From: Welwitschia mirabilis
Lineage: Eukaryota
Length of the DNA stretch: 41,441 nucleotides
Assembly: GCA_051453625.1 (NCBI GenBank)
Contig: JBOZIK010000001.1
Coordinates: 29,629,132-29,670,572 of the forward strand
Reading direction: 5' to 3'
The translations under genes were made by a program, and so were the position numbers. Below, in pieces: positions 12,341 through 26,545 of the stretch; positions within the stretch are counted from its first letter, which is position 1; every line of letters starts with the position of its first letter. The notes beneath the pieces were generated by a model that saw only the letters and a program-made list of their open reading frames with translations, was not told where the DNA came from and made no database searches.

Positions 12341-13434
12341 TGTTATACTATCAACTTATGCATATTTGATAGGGTATTTTGAGTGGTTTTGCAAGTTAAT
12401 AAATAGTTAAATACTTGACTTCAAGAGCTGAGATGGAAGAGATTAAAACATGAAATTTCCATAATGATTTATAGTAACTTGAAAAATTTTGAATACTTTA
12501 CATTTTTTAGATAAATTCCTACAAAACATTGATGCTAATGCACTAATTGAAGATTTGTAAAAGGCCATCATCCTCCTCATCATTCAGATGACTATACAAA
12601 TGACTAAGCAATTCATGCCAATGAGGATGCTAACTATAATCTAGCTACTAATATGGATTATGTATGAGATGGCATCATCTCCTATATCATTCAAAAGACT
12701 AGTCAAATGACAGTATTGTAATGTGTGCACTGAACACTCACCTAATTTTTGCCAACTATCCATTCTTTTTTCTTAGCATGGCCATTATAATTTTAACTCA
12801 CACCTATTTATCTATCTTATATCATGCTTGTGAGTTAATAAATAGTGATCTTATCTTTGACTCTTACTTATCTTCATTTGCATCTAAAATTATCATGGTA
12901 AGAGATTAAAGGGCTAGAAATTCATCCTTGTTGTTGCAGAGATATTTTTTTTGGTGTTGGATAGTGTTTCCACTATTGAGCTATGACTACTTTATAACAT
13001 GAATGTGGTTCGCAACTAATACAAAATACTTCTTTTTCAGATTTCAATGCATATTTGCTCTTCATTTTCATAGCTTATGTTGCTTTTAATTCAGTGAAAG
13101 TTTCTCTAGTGATACAGGTTATGAGGGCAACCTTTATCAAGGTTATATATGGTTAGTTTAGCTTAGGTGCATTGTTATTTCCTTTTCCTAGATTAGCTTT
13201 ACATAAGTATATTACATTTTACTTTCATGCATTGTAAGTTATTTTCTATAGTTAGAGTACAAGTACTTTTCCTTATGAAAATCAACTCTCTTGGTTTCTA
13301 ACTTGGCCTTTAATGGATTATGTCATTCTGGTCATTCCTGTCTATATTAGTATGTTGTGTTTACGTAAATATTTGTGATTGACAAGGTTTGACTTAACTA
13401 AGGACATTACATTACATAAATATGCACCATAATA
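12341..13434 (+). repeat. Element C 5' LTR
   Basis: Starts TGTTATAC; collinear with 23508-24945. One hand-counted block (12721-12780 vs 23898-23957) has 10/60 mismatches, 8 of them transitions. Confidence 0.92.
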
Positions 13435-13437
13435 TCT

Positions 13438-13455
13438 TAGCATTGTTGCTAGGAA
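13438..13455 (+). other. Element C primer binding site (decayed Athila tRNA-Asp-type PBS)
   Basis: TAGCATTGTTGCTAGGAA, 3 bp after the LTR, differs from TGGCGCCGTTGCCGGGGA only by C>T / G>A changes. Confidence 0.8.
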
Positions 13456-14209
13456 AGATTGCTTAGAGTTTGAAAGTTATTATTACTTTGATGAGTACTT
13501 TAGATCTTAGTTCAGATGCTTGCTATAGTAGCATTGTACTTTTATTTATAATAGCATATGTTTTTCTTTTTGAAAAAGTTAGTTTTCTATTTTCAAATAA
13601 AAGTTTTCTTTCTATTTTGCAATAAAAAGTTAGTTTTTTAGTTCATTATCCAGATGACATGTTATAATAACAACCTCTATGCTATGAGCTTTTTGTTTCT
13701 ATTTTTATCAAAAAAAATTTAAGATTTTTTCCATCATCCTCTATATCATCCTAATGAATTAATTAGATGATAAACTATTTTAGAGTTTTCTGTGTTTATC
13801 ATTTTTTCATTTCTATTTTCTAATTTTTTCTTTTTTGTGGTTTCTGCGTATGACTGTAAGGATGATAATCTATGCATCTAATACTGATCATGTATGGTAA
13901 AATTTGGTAAAAAAGAAAAATACTAGAGAGATTAGCTATTTATTGAGGAAAATATCTGATAAGGTTTGATAGAACTAGAAACTAACTTAGGTAAGCATAA
14001 CAAAGGTATGCATAATTTAGAAATTCTTATAATATCTACTTTTATTTCTTTAGATTCTAATTTTTTTAAAGAAAATTTTTAAATGATTGTATAGACAAGA
14101 GTTTCTCATTTCAAACCGTGTATGCCTCATCATAGAAACAAAAGCAACCTATCTTACCAAATCCACTCCTTGTCATTAGAACCCTTATAATCACACATCT
14201 TCATACCAA

Positions 14210-16340
14210 TGGCCATGTCACCCTTAGAGATCTCATTATAAATAAGAAACATGAAATCGAAACTCCTTTTGATTAACCTCCAAATAATGATGTTAAATTA
14301 AGAAACCTAAATGAATATCCTACTTTTAGTGGTAAAACTGATGAATATCCTTTGCCACACATTTTTGATATAGAACAATTAGTTTTTACTTCTGGAAATG
14401 GTACAAAAATGCATAAGTGATACAACCTACATGGTCATATTCCCCATTACTTTAAAAGATAAGGCTAAACTATAACTTAGAATGATTTCTCACAAAAGCC
14501 TAAAATCATGGAATTAATTTTAGGAAGCTTTTATTAAGAGATTTATGTGTGAAACCACCATTTGAAAACATAAATAAAAAAGTCACCAACTTTTAAATAA
14601 TTTTCCAATGAAGAATATGCCTCTACCTATGAGAGATTCTTTGTTGCTTTACATTTGAACCTATAGATGCCTTTTCATAGGTATAATTAGTAAACTACAT
14701 TTATAGTGGATTAAATAATCACATCAAGTAATTAGTAGATTTTTCGTGTGAACATAACTTATTAAACCAAATCTAGAAGATGCTTGGAAAGTGTTGAAAG
14801 AATTGGTAGAAGTGAGTTAAACATTGCTTAAACCCTCACCTAAAGAAAACTGAATCATAGGCCAAATCATTAAAGATCTTAAGGAGGTAAAACATGAGAA
14901 AATTGAAATAAGAATTAAAAATAAACCAACCAATGTCATAAAGAATTACACTTCAACCTTGGAAAAGCACACCAAATAATTCTAGATGCTAAAGTGATTA
15001 TCAATAAGAATGAAGTTGTAGCTCCTACCTATGATTTGTATGATGATAGTTATCATGTTATTAAAAATATCCTTTACTTTCAACTTACAAAGAGAAAATT
15101 TATGAAGAATTATATGCTTTCAACCAAAGATCCTCAAACTATAATCAAAACCAAAATCAAGGACGAGTCCAAAATCACAACAACTTTCAATCTAGAATGA
15201 GTGAATAATCTAACTTTAAAAATTTTCAAACAAACCATTCTAACTTCTAACCTTTTAAGAAGAGATTTAAGAACATGAACTTTTAATCTAACAATTCAAA
15301 TAACCTAGCAAGCTCATCCAAATCTCAAAATTAAAGTGATCATCTTAGGAATTCCATTAAGGAGTTAAGAAGAATACAAAAAAATACCAACTCAAACATT
15401 GAAAAGACAAACACCAACATTGAAAATCTCATGAGTATCTTATAAAAAATCATACTTGCTAATTAAGAATCATAAGAATCTCTTACCACTCAACCTTTGT
15501 TTAACCCAAATGAAGTTAGAAAAGATTGTAAGGTAGTGACAAGAAGTGAAAATGATACAACTCCTTTCACCCATAAGGCTTCAACATTATAAAGTAATAA
15601 AAATGATAAATAAGAGGACATAGAGATCTTAGAAAATCATTTTTCCCTTCTTTGTTAAGTAATAAAAAGAAAAACTCTTTACATAAGAAACCTACTAATC
15701 CATGACTTGATACGCTTAACACAAATCCTATTTTTGATGATCATTTAAAAGCCTTAATGCAAAATGTGAGCATCAACTTACCATTTTGGAAACTTTTTCA
15801 AGATAACCTAAAATATTTTAAGTTATGGAAAGACTTGATTAGTAGAAAGTAAAAATCTACCATGTCTAGTAAAATCTTCCTAGCTCAATTTGTAAACAAC
15901 ATAGTTTATCAAAAATGTCCAAAGATTAAAGATCTGGGGGTAGCAACTATGTGTGTCACTTTAGAAGGAAACCATAAGATTAAGAAATCCTTGATTGATA
16001 TTATAGCTAGTGTCAACATCATGTCCTTACACATTCACCAAAGACTTGGTTTAGAAAAAGGAGTAGAACCTACATGAATTATTTTAGAACTAGCTGATTC
16101 ATCTGTGAAGAAACTATTAGGTATGATTAAGGATTTGGCTATTCAGATAGAATAAGTTGTCTATCCCATTAATGTTATAATCATAGAAGTTTAGGATAAC
16201 AGTGAATATCCTTTACTTTTAGGTAGAGATTTCTATGTAATAGTCCACTATATTATAAATACAAGAATTGGTTTAATGGAGCATTATTTTAAAGATAAAA
16301 AGTTTTCAATAAGATTTTTTGATGCAGCTAAAAAATATTT
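14210..16340 (+). pseudogene. Element C gag and aspartic protease remnants
   Basis: LRNLNEYPTFSGKTDEYPLPHIFDIEQL, IFPITLKDKAKL*L, HFYSGL-like region, PKIKDLG, SLIDIIASVNIMS (~15988-16026), LELADSSVKK, YPLLLGRDF. Confidence 0.88.
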
Positions 16341-16689
16341 ATAAAATGATTTGAGTTTAGAGGAAGAAATTAGGTCAAATTTATTTTTATAGTACCATCC
16401 ACTTGAGGAGAGATGATATGCTTCATGAACCAACATTGTTTAATGATAAAACAGAAGTAGACATGTTATGTATTTTTGAAGATTAATTTGATTTTGACCA
16501 TTTAGAAAATAATTTTTTTGATATAGAGAGTAGAGAGTCTGAGTGTGTCAATTATGTAGAAGTCTGATATTTTAGTAGATCCAAGATTTCCTATTTTAAG
16601 GATGATCGTCCACTACTGATATCTAAATGACAGTCTGAGATAATAGTCTATTTTCCTCAAAATTTTATAGAAAATAAAAATCTAAGCTT

Positions 16690-19490
16690 AAACCTAAACC
16701 TAAAACCTTTAAACAGTGGATTTAAATACATTTTTCTAAATAGTGGCATAAAAAAAATCTTTGATCATCAATAATAACCTTACTCCTTAACAAGAATTAA
16801 GTCTAGTCTCTCTTATATAATCTAAGATAAATGTGTTTTCTTGATTTCATAATGATTTAATAGCCATATCCACTTTGATTATTTAAAATAAAATCTATGT
16901 TAAAAAAATGCAAAACCTATAAGAAAACCCCAATGTAAACTTAATCTAGTTTTTAAATAATTTGTTAAAGATGAAATCATAAAAGTAATGGATGCTAGAA
17001 TCATTTATTCTATAGCTAATAGTGAGTGGATTATCTTCTTGATAGTACTTTATAAAAAAGATGGGAAATGGAGAATTTCCATAGAATTTAGAAAACTAAA
17101 AGAAGTAATCAAAAAAGATCACTATCCCTTACCTTTTCTTAATCAAATTATTAATAGAATTCAGGGTCATGCCTTTTACTAGTTTTCTTAATGGTTATAG
17201 TAGTTATAACTAGGTTTGCATTACTAGTGAGAACCAAGTAAAAACCAATTTTACTTCTCCTTTCTATACTTTTTCTTTTATAAGCATGCCTTTTGGACTT
17301 TATAATGCTCTTGGTACTATGGAAATATTTTTTGATATACTTGAGGATTCTATTGAGATTTTTATGGATGACTTCTCTATTTATGTTAAAATGTTTGAAC
17401 AAATTTTAAATTACTTAAATAAATTCCTTGACCATTGTTTTTCTAGTGGCCTACACTTGAGTTGAGAAAAGAGTTTATTTCTTGTAGAAAGTGGAATTAT
17501 TTTAGGTCACCATATCTCAAAAGAGGGGATTAGGATAAATACTTCTGAAGTTGATATTATTCAAAACCTAAGTCTCCTACAAATGTTAAATAGGTTAGAT
17601 CTTTTCTTAATCATTGTTCTTTTTACTGTTAGTATATTTATGATTATGCTAATATCTATAAAACCCTTCACTCATTACTAGAAAAAGAAGCTAAATTTAA
17701 ATAGAATAAATCTTAATAACTTATTTTCTATAGGATTAAACATGAACTTTCTTATGCTTCTATAGTAATAAGACCCAATTGGAAACTAGATTTTGAACTT
17801 ACATGTGATGTGAGTAATTTTTTTATGGTGGGATTCTTTATCAGAAATATGAAAATGATTTTAAAGTTATATCTTACCATAGCAAATTTTTTTCTAGATC
17901 TCAAATGAATTATACCACCACAGAGAAAGGGATTCTAGCCATTATCTTTTACCTTGATTCTATTAGACATTATATTTTAGGTTTTCATATAAATGTTTAC
18001 AATGGTCATACTACCATTTGTTACCTTATGATTAAGAAAGACTCTAGTACATGTTTAATTAAATGGATCCTCCTTGTGCAAGAGTTTCACTTGATCATCA
18101 TATATAAATTAGGAAAGCATAATTCTATTGCTGATCATTTATTTCATCTTTCTTATCCTCCAAATAATTCTATTATTGATGATTCTTTTCCTAATGAGTA
18201 GCTTTTTACTACATCTTATTGTTATTCTCCTCCTTGGTATTTAGACATTATTAACTATTTTGTGATTAATCAACACAAATATTTTCTCCATAGAATAATT
18301 AACACTGAGTGGATAGAGCCACATTTATACCATAGGTGTAAAGAGTAAATCATGAGAAAGCATGTGCCTAATTGAAAATACCTTAGATCCTTTATCTTTA
18401 TCATAGTGTATTTGTAGAGAACACTTAAGTAAACATAAAATAGCAACTAAAATCCTCCATTCTAGTTTTTATTAGTCTACTCTTTTTCATGATGTGATTT
18501 TGTTAAAATGTGTGATTCTTATCAGCATTATGGTAGTATTGTTCATTTACAGGAAATGCCCCTTAGACCTATTCTTGAGTGTGAGCCTTTTGATTATTAA
18601 GGTATTGATTTCATAGGTCTTATTCATCCATCTTTCGTTGATAAGCATTACATTTTAGTGGCTGTGGATTATGTCACTACATGGATTGAAGCCATACCTA
18701 CTTCTTTGAATGATGCCCAAACTATTTGTCATTTTCTTAGAACTCATCTTTTTTAGAGATTTGATTTTCTTAGAGTTATCGTTATTGATTAGGGTACTCA
18801 TTTTATTAATCAGATTTTTAGAAAAATTCTTTTGTCCATTGGTATAAAATATAGAGTAAAACTAATGGATAAGCTAAAAATGCCAATAAAGAAATAAAGA
18901 AAATGTTATAAAAACTTATCTCTGTTAATAAAAAGTCTTGGACTTTTAAACTTAACAATGTACTTTGAGCTTACCTTACTAATTAACATACTTCTCTTAG
19001 TTTTTCACCTTAAGAACTTGTGTACAATAAAGTTTGTGTATTATCTATTAATGTGTGTTATAATTCTTATCGTACATCTTATTAACTTAATCTTGTAGAT
19101 TTTCAAAAAAACCTTAAATATTAATTAGCACAATTAGGTCATCTTAATGAAAAAATAACTTATGTTATACATTGTCAATTAATCCATAAAGCCTAATTAA
19201 AGCTCAAATATGATAAGAAGACATTTCATAAAAAGTTTGAACATAGTCAACTTGTTTTGTTATATAATACTAGAGTTCATTTTTTGAATAACAAATTGAC
19301 CTCTAAATGAGTAGGTCCTTACCTTATAAAGAAACTACATCCTAATGGCTCCATTAAGATTTTAAACTTAGAGACTAGAGAAATTCATAAGGTTAATAGA
19401 CAAAAGTTGAAATCATATAAAGGATCTTTAGATGCAATTGCGAACATGATAGAAGCACTTATTTTGGAGGTTTTCCTCAATGAGGAGGAC
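16690..19490 (+). pseudogene. Element C pol: reverse transcriptase, RNase H, integrase (many stops/frameshifts)
   Basis: RT: WRISIEFRKLKEVIKKDHYPLPFL, FMDDFS (17361-17378). RH: FELTCDVS (~17792), NYTTTEKGILAI. INT: WYLDI, GIDFIG (18601), VDYVTTWIEA, ID*GTHF, *VGPY, VNRQKLKSY. Confidence 0.95.
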
Positions 19491-21669
19491 TTTATTCATA
19501 TCCTTGTTTGAGTTCTTTCTTTGTTTATTCCTTTTATTGATGTCATGATGTGACTTGATCATCTTTCAAACTTGACTTGTGTATTATTATATGAAGTTTC
19601 ATGATTAGTATTCATACATGGGAATTTATAGTGGTGAGATTGGATTCACCTAATTTTGAGACATTTTCACATCTATGGACTTTACTTAAAGAAAGATGTC
19701 TTAGGTTTTTATACCTTTTTTAATATTGTTAAAGTCTTGAGTTGTTTTAGAGTGTTCTTTTTTGTCTTTTTATCTCACTTATTTACCTTTGTTTTTTTGA
19801 GTGTGTGATCATGTGGAAATTTTTCTAAAAAAAAAAAGAGAAAAATAATGACCATGATATATTATATTTTGTGCTTCAAAGAAAAATACATGGTCACTAT
19901 GATGTTCTATTACATTATGTTAAATTTTTTCAAGAGGAACCTTTGGTAGTATTGGTAGCTATGGGAACTCCACTTAGGGGTTAGTTGGCCATGCTTCACA
20001 GGTCCCTACACCTCTGATAATGGTTGCACTCAACTTTAAGGCTATAGGATTATGATGTTATTGATGCCATTAAAAGCATTTCTTGTTTTCTAAAACTCTT
20101 AGCATTTTCACTTGGTCATTTCACTTTTGAATATTTGGGTGTATTTATGGGTGAGGGTAGGTAAGTTCATTTCTAAGTAACTTTTGATAGTAACATTCAT
20201 TGTTCCAAGCACTTGAATCTTTGGATATCATCATAACCACTACCTTTTTTAGTGAACTTTATGAATTTTATTTATTTTGTTATGCGTATTTACTTAAGTG
20301 GCTTTATGATGTCTTTCTTGGAAGTTTGTTAAGTTAGTACTTGGGATAGGTAAATAATCTTCTTCTTGTTCCTTATGTCTATTTTCATTTTGTGTTTCTT
20401 TAGTTGTTGAGTTTAGGATTTCAAAGTTATTTACATATTTTCTCATTTTTATATAGAACCTTAATCATCTAGTAGTTTCCTTACTATTCTTTTATGTTAT
20501 ATTGTTTTTTTAGTGAGCATTTGAAAATTAAAAAGAACATCTTTTTCAATACCTAGTCTTTATGAGTTCCCTTGTAGCTTATGGAGTTTTGAGTTTATCT
20601 TGTTTTTCTTTCCTATTTAGGCATATTCATTTGTCTTTTCTTGATAGGTTTTTAGCCTAGATAGTCTATTTTCTTTAGCTATAATTTTTCCTTTCTTGTG
20701 TGTTTCTCTTTTTTCCTTTGATTTTCTTGGTTTTTTTCTTCTTTTCTATCTGTTTGAATTTTTCTATTTAGAACTGATACTTAAATGATTATATCTAAGC
20801 CTAACTTTATTGGCTAACATTTTTCTTTCTAAAAATTTTTTTAATGCTCTATCCACCATCTAGTTATTTAAATGACACTAGGGGATGATAGTCTGATTTC
20901 TTTTTTAGAGTCATTTTAGTTTTGTTGTCCAGATGACACGACAAGATGACAATGTGATATAACCACAGCCCAAATTTTTTTCCCTTATTTTTCCTCATTT
21001 CTTTATTGTTTCACTCATTCCTTTAAGAGACAATGACCCTCTACCCTGTACCAGCTTTTTGAAACTTATCCCACCTAATTTCGTATCCAGATTTGCAAAA
21101 TTTTATTAGATTTTCAAAAATGAGATATGTTTCTCTCTCCTTCTATTTTTCAATTTTTTCTCCCATTTTTTAGTCTTTTGACACATAGTTTTCATGTATA
21201 TCACTTATTTTTTCACACTCTTTGATTTGGGACTTACGGATTTGAATTTCATCATGGATTCTTTGAGTTATGAGCATTTGTGCATTTTATGAGGTATTTC
21301 AAAATTTCTACTTTTTACACTCATTTTGTCACAAATCATAGGTCAAAATGTAGTTTTCCTTTAGGCAAAATTAATTAGTTCAACATATTCTATGACTCTA
21401 CTAGATTAGATTTTTTATTTGAGAACTTTAAATTTTTATTACATGTGGGGACCACTTAAAATATAGTTTTTAAATTTTTCACATATTTCTCATTTTTCTT
21501 CTCATGTTTAGATAATTTATGATGCATTACAAATTTTAGAAGGGGTAGGATATATTTTTAGTATTTTTTTAACTTATTTTAATCAATTTTTAGGAGTTAT
21601 TATTATGCGTTCATGCGATGTTTTGAACATGTCTTTCTATTTTTACATGATACTTTTTTTGTTTTTAAT

Positions 21670-22960
21670 TGACTAGGTCCTATACATGTAGAGCTAGATA
21701 GGCTGAGGCTGAGGCTGAGGTAGTAGAGTAGGAGGTAATTCCTATAATTGACATAGAGATTAAGCATGTGAAGCCTGCACATCTCCCACCTCGGCATGAA
21801 TGTTCCATGGCTATATAGATATCTAGCATCCATGTCGAGTATCACTTTGGTGGTTTCATAAGCCATATTGAGCCATAAGTTGACCAAATACTGATAGATT
21901 TATAGCTCAAATGTATTATAGATATACATGAATCATCTTATATGTTGGAGACAAGGGAATTTTACAACATCATATATATCGAGAGGTGACCTAATGTTTG
22001 TGATCAGGTGCAGGACATGATTGTTTCTTATATACAAAATTACAAGATAGTAATTCTCCCATTTCATATTGCAGTTATCATAGATCTTGATGGGCTTGGG
22101 AGCATGTATATATACTTAGTTGGTGGGACTAAGGAGCGCTGGGCATATGGCATAATTTTGAATATATCAGTTGATCTCACTAGTAATCAACAGGAGGTAA
22201 ATGTTACTCAGCTAACTCCCACATACAAGATTTAACATAAAGGGCTAATCCATAACATCATCCTATCCTTTCACAATAATCATGTCATGATAGTGCATTT
22301 ATAGATATTGACAGCCTTTAAATAGAGGGAGTAAATGGATCTTTCTACTTTTATCTAGAGAAGACTCAGATCTATAGTTGAGCATGATAGCTTCAGATAC
22401 ATGGTTACCCATGCCTCATCTTAGCACTTTTTAGATGGTTTGGGATACCAAAGCATATGGGTAAGTAGCACTTATCACACATACAAACTTTAGCTCACTA
22501 TTTACAGGACATGGGTATATAGGTTCTAAAAGAGGCAGAGAGACCTCAAGTATAAAGACTTATGATTAGAGCTTTACTCGAGCAGATACAGGCTCTCTTG
22601 GCTGAGACCATTAAGATCATGAGGGGTTTTATAGATAGAGGTATCTAAACACTTGATCAAAGGATTTATACTCTTAATCAGAGGACACAGATACTTGATC
22701 AAAGAAGCAGATATTTAATAGAGGATCCTATCTATTAAGAGGAGAGTCTAGCACTCTGAGGATGAGATCATTGACATGCACCAACATGTTATTTCCATTT
22801 AGCAGAGTGTGAAAATGGATATTCCTAAGATTGTATGTGTCCAAGGTGATAAGATAGTTAGATCAATCTCCATATCTTTAGACCTCCATTTCCCCATAAA
22901 TCTTGATCATTCTTTCTCTTCTCCCCCTACTCTTAAGGTAGCTACTGAACCATAGTTTAT
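21670..22960 (+). pseudogene. Element C ORF2/'env-like' remnant
   Basis: Between integrase and PPT; reads …YMLETREFYNIIYIER*…IVSYIQNYKIVILPFHIAVIIDLDG…GLIHNII…; nucleotide-homologous to element D 31900-32070. Boundaries approximate. Confidence 0.65.
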
Positions 22961-23490
22961 CAAGCATTGATGAAGGAACTGATTTTATATTATTCTTTTA
23001 TATCTCCCCTTTTATACACTTTTGTACTAAAAACTCTCTTTGATTTGATAGATACTTTATTTTTCTAGCATGGTGTACTAATTTGTATCTAATTTTTAAT
23101 GTCTATCTTTAATTTTTACATATTATGATGAGGGTTAATTTTACTTGAACAATTTTTTCTATTTTATTAAATCTTATTTTAGTGAATATCTCTTTTATTA
23201 TATATTCTAATTATCTCTTAAAAAAAATTTATAGTAGGTTCTTGATTTTAAAGATCTTTTTTGAGCTTATCATCCCCTCCATCTTCTATATGATAATCCA
23301 AATGACTGATTGGCTAAGTATCTAGTAAGTGAAATGTTTAGTTTTTATAATTTCTTAAAATCTAGTATGTATCTCTGTAAATTCTAAAAATCTTCCTAAG
23401 ATGATTTCATTAAGTATCCTAGCTATTTTATTATTTAATAGGTTAGCTTACAAACATGGTTTACCACCTGGTTTTGTTAGGAACTGATAA

Positions 23491-23507
23491 GGCTAAGTGG
23501 AGAAATA
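23491..23507 (+). other. Element C polypurine tract
   Basis: GGCTAAGTGGAGAAATA directly before the 3' LTR start TGTTGTG. Confidence 0.7.
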
Positions 23508-24945
23508 TGTTGTGCTATAAACTTATGCATATTTCATAGAGTATTTTAAATGGTTTTTCGGGTTAATAAATAGGTAAATGCCTGATTTCCATGATAATGA
23601 AGAGCTAAAATAGAAGAGATGAAAACATGCAATCTCCATAATGATTTATAGCAATTTAAGTAATTCTAAATACTTTTCATTTTTGAGATAACTTTTTGTA
23701 GAACACTAAGGCTTATGCACNNNNNNNNNNTAAAAGGTCATCATCCACCTAATGGTCTAGATGACTATCTAGATGATCAAGTAGTTCATGCCAATTGGGA
23801 TGCTGACTGTAATCTATCTCATAGCTAATGTGGATTATGTATTAGATGGCATCTTCTCTTATATCATCTGGATGACTAAACAAATGACACTATTGTAATG
23901 TCTGCATTAAACACTCACCTAATTTTTGTCAATTATCTATTTGTTTTTCTTAGTATAATTGTTATTACTTTAACCTATGCCTATCTATCTATCTTTTTGT
24001 GTGATTTTGTGTTAATAAATAGTGATCNNNNNNNNNNNNNNNNNNNNNNNNNNNNNNNNNNNNNNNNNNNNNNNNNNNNNNNNNNNNNNNNNNNNNNNNN
24101 NNNNNNNNNNNNNNNNNNNNNNNNNNNTATAATTGTTATTACTTTAACCTATGCCTATCTATCTGTCTTTTTGTGTGATTTTGTGTTAATAAATAGTGAT
24201 CTCGCCTTTAAATCCTACTTGTCTTTAGTTGCATCTAAAATTCTTGTAATAGAAGATCGAAGGGCTGGAGATCCATCCTTGTAGTTGTAGAGAGAAATTT
24301 TCTATGGTGTTGGATGGTGTTTCCTCCATTGAGCTATAGCTACTTTTTAATATAAATGTGATTCACGATTAATACAAAATACTTCTTTTTCTAATTTNNN
24401 NNNNNNNNNNNNNNNNNNNNNNNNNNNNNNNNNNNNNNNNNNNNNNNNNNNNNNNNNNNNNNNNNNNNNNNNNNNNNNNNNNNNNNNNNNNNNNNNNGCT
24501 ACTTTTTAATATAAATGTGATTCACGATTAATACAAAATACTTCTTTGTCTATTTTCAATGCATTTTTATTTTTCACCCTCATAGCTTATGTTGCTTCTG
24601 ATCTGATGATGTTTCTTTAGTAATATAGGTTATGAGAACAACCTTTGTCAAGGTTGTGCATAGTTAGTTTAGGTTAGGTGAATTGTTATTTCCCTTTCCT
24701 AGATTACCTTTTCACAAGTGTGTTGTATTTTACTTTTATGCACTGCAAGTTATTTTCTATAGTTAGAGTACAAGTATGTTTTCTTGTGAAAATTAACTCT
24801 CCTGATTCCTAATTTAGACTTCAATAGATTATGATATTTAGGTCACTCCCATCTATATTAGTGTGTTGTATTTGTGCAAGTATTTGTAATTGATAGGATT
24901 CGATTTAACTAAGGATGTAATGTTGCATAAATACACATCACAATA
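23508..24945 (+). repeat. Element C 3' LTR (length inflated by gaps and duplicated contig ends)
   Basis: Collinear with 12341-13434. The ~340 bp excess is explained by two 100-N gaps plus 74-bp and 59-bp overlaps. Confidence 0.92.
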
Positions 24946-24950
24946 GAATT

Positions 24951-26545
24951 ATTTGCTAATAACTATAAATTAGTTAAGATGATGAACTAAGGTAATTATC
25001 TTAGCATGCCATTATATGAGGTTTGACAAAACATAGAAAGTGTAATTAAAAGCTTAAAAAATTGGGAAAAACCTATCAAACCCTTAAGATTACATCATCC
25101 AGTTATGACAATAAGTGTTTTTAAGATCCCTAAAAATTTTGAGATTAGTAATAAAATAGACAAATTAGCAAGGAAACTAGAATCCATAACCACCTCACCT
25201 TCACCTTCATTCATGGTTACTAAGCCCAAATGTTTGATTTTCCACATTAATATCCATGAAATAATTGAATGTTCTTCCATCCCCTTATTTCAAAATACTA
25301 TTAATGAATAAGTTAAGGTGATAAGACAATAGTGATAAAATATGAAAAATGATCCATACTCAAACACATATAACCTTAGGTGAAGGAGTTACCCTGATTT
25401 TTCTTGGAAGTAATATAATCAAATTAATCAACCAAGAAACCTATATTCTTCATCCTCCTTTCATCTATTTCAAATTAACTATCTAAAACCATTACCATTT
25501 AACCTGTTAAAATAAACTTTTAATAAGTTCATGGAATCATAAGCACAAATAAATCAAAGACTTGAACAGAGGATACACCGACTCCAACAAACCACCACCT
25601 ACATCCATTTATCAATAAACTAAAGGAAAATAGGAAAACTCCCAATGAGAACCAAATCCCAATTAAGTTATACTTTTAGAAGAATATTCAAGTCACTTAA
25701 AATGAATCAAATCAATTCAACTTAAAAGTGGCACAAAAATTAACCAAGAATTAATATAGAGTAAGTCTAAAGATGGGAGAAAAGTTAAAGAAAAAGATAC
25801 AACTCCTTATAAAGAACCTTTACCTTTTTCTCAAGCTTTCAATAAAAAAAGGTAATTTACTTAGAAGACTTTTTGCCCACATATAAGGACTTTTATCTTT
25901 TTCCTAATGTCTTAAGAAGGAGAACATTAAAAAATAATAACTTAAGGCCTTAGAAATTTTCAAAGATGTTAAGATCAACATGCTTATCTTAGAAGCAATT
26001 ACTAAAGTTCCTTCCTATGCAAAATTCCTTAAGTACATGTGCACTATTAAAAGACATATAAATGTTAAGAGAAAAATCTTCTTATCCCAATAAACTAGTG
26101 TAATCATTCAAATCTAGATTTCACCTAAGTACAAAGATTCAAGTTGCTCCACAATATGTATTACAATTAAAGATAAAAATATTAAGCAAGCCTTACTAGA
26201 TATGGAAGTAAGTGTTAACATTTTACCTCATTACATTTATAAGGAACCTAGCTTAAATGATCTTAAATGCACTAAAATCTAATTACAATTGGAAAATAAT
26301 TCTATTAAGTTACCCTTAGGAATAGTTAATGATATGGTAGTTTAAGTTAATAACTACTATTTCCTAGCGGAATTCATAGTTTTAGAGATGGATGCAATAA
26401 ATACAATTTAGTGTCCATTATCTTAAGAAGTTCTCTTCTTGAAAATTTAAATGATTTAATCAATTACAAAAATGATTAAGTGAAAATATCATTTGGTAAG
26501 ATGACCTTGATGTTGAATATTTATAACATGATGAAATTATAAGGT
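24951..26545 (+). pseudogene. Element B gag 3' part and aspartic protease
   Basis: Continues FYDGL with FANNYKLVKMMN*GNYLS…; YSNTYNLR*RSYPDFSW (25357-25407, Athila YSNTYNPGWRNHPNFSW); VKINMLILEAITKVPSYAKFLK; ALLDMEVSVNILP (26190-26228); ISFGKMTLMLNIYN. Confidence 0.92.

Larger units (their letters stand above)
12341..24945 (+). mobile_element. Element C: structurally complete but decayed Athila-type Ty3/gypsy element (LTR-PBS-gag-PR-RT-RH-INT-ORF2-PPT-LTR)
   Basis: LTR pair 12341-13434 / 23508-24945; degenerate TSD GGGTT (12336-12340) / GAATT (24946-24950); host gag frame resumes across it; domain order RT-RH-INT is gypsy. Confidence 0.93.

Noticed and set aside
12721..12909. Hydrophobic 62-aa ORF with a 'paralogue' at 23898-24284
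   Set aside because: Both lie in the two LTRs of element C; the similarity is LTR duplication and the hydrophobicity reflects T-rich DNA. Many differences are non-synonymous.
16688..16715. TAAACC repeats resembling telomere or telo-box motifs
   Set aside because: Corresponds to the coding linker LKPKPKPL…FKYIFL upstream of RT.
23954..24556. Two internal duplications in C's 3' LTR (74 bp and 59 bp)
   Set aside because: Each brackets a 100-N gap and is absent from the 5' LTR; assembly artefacts.
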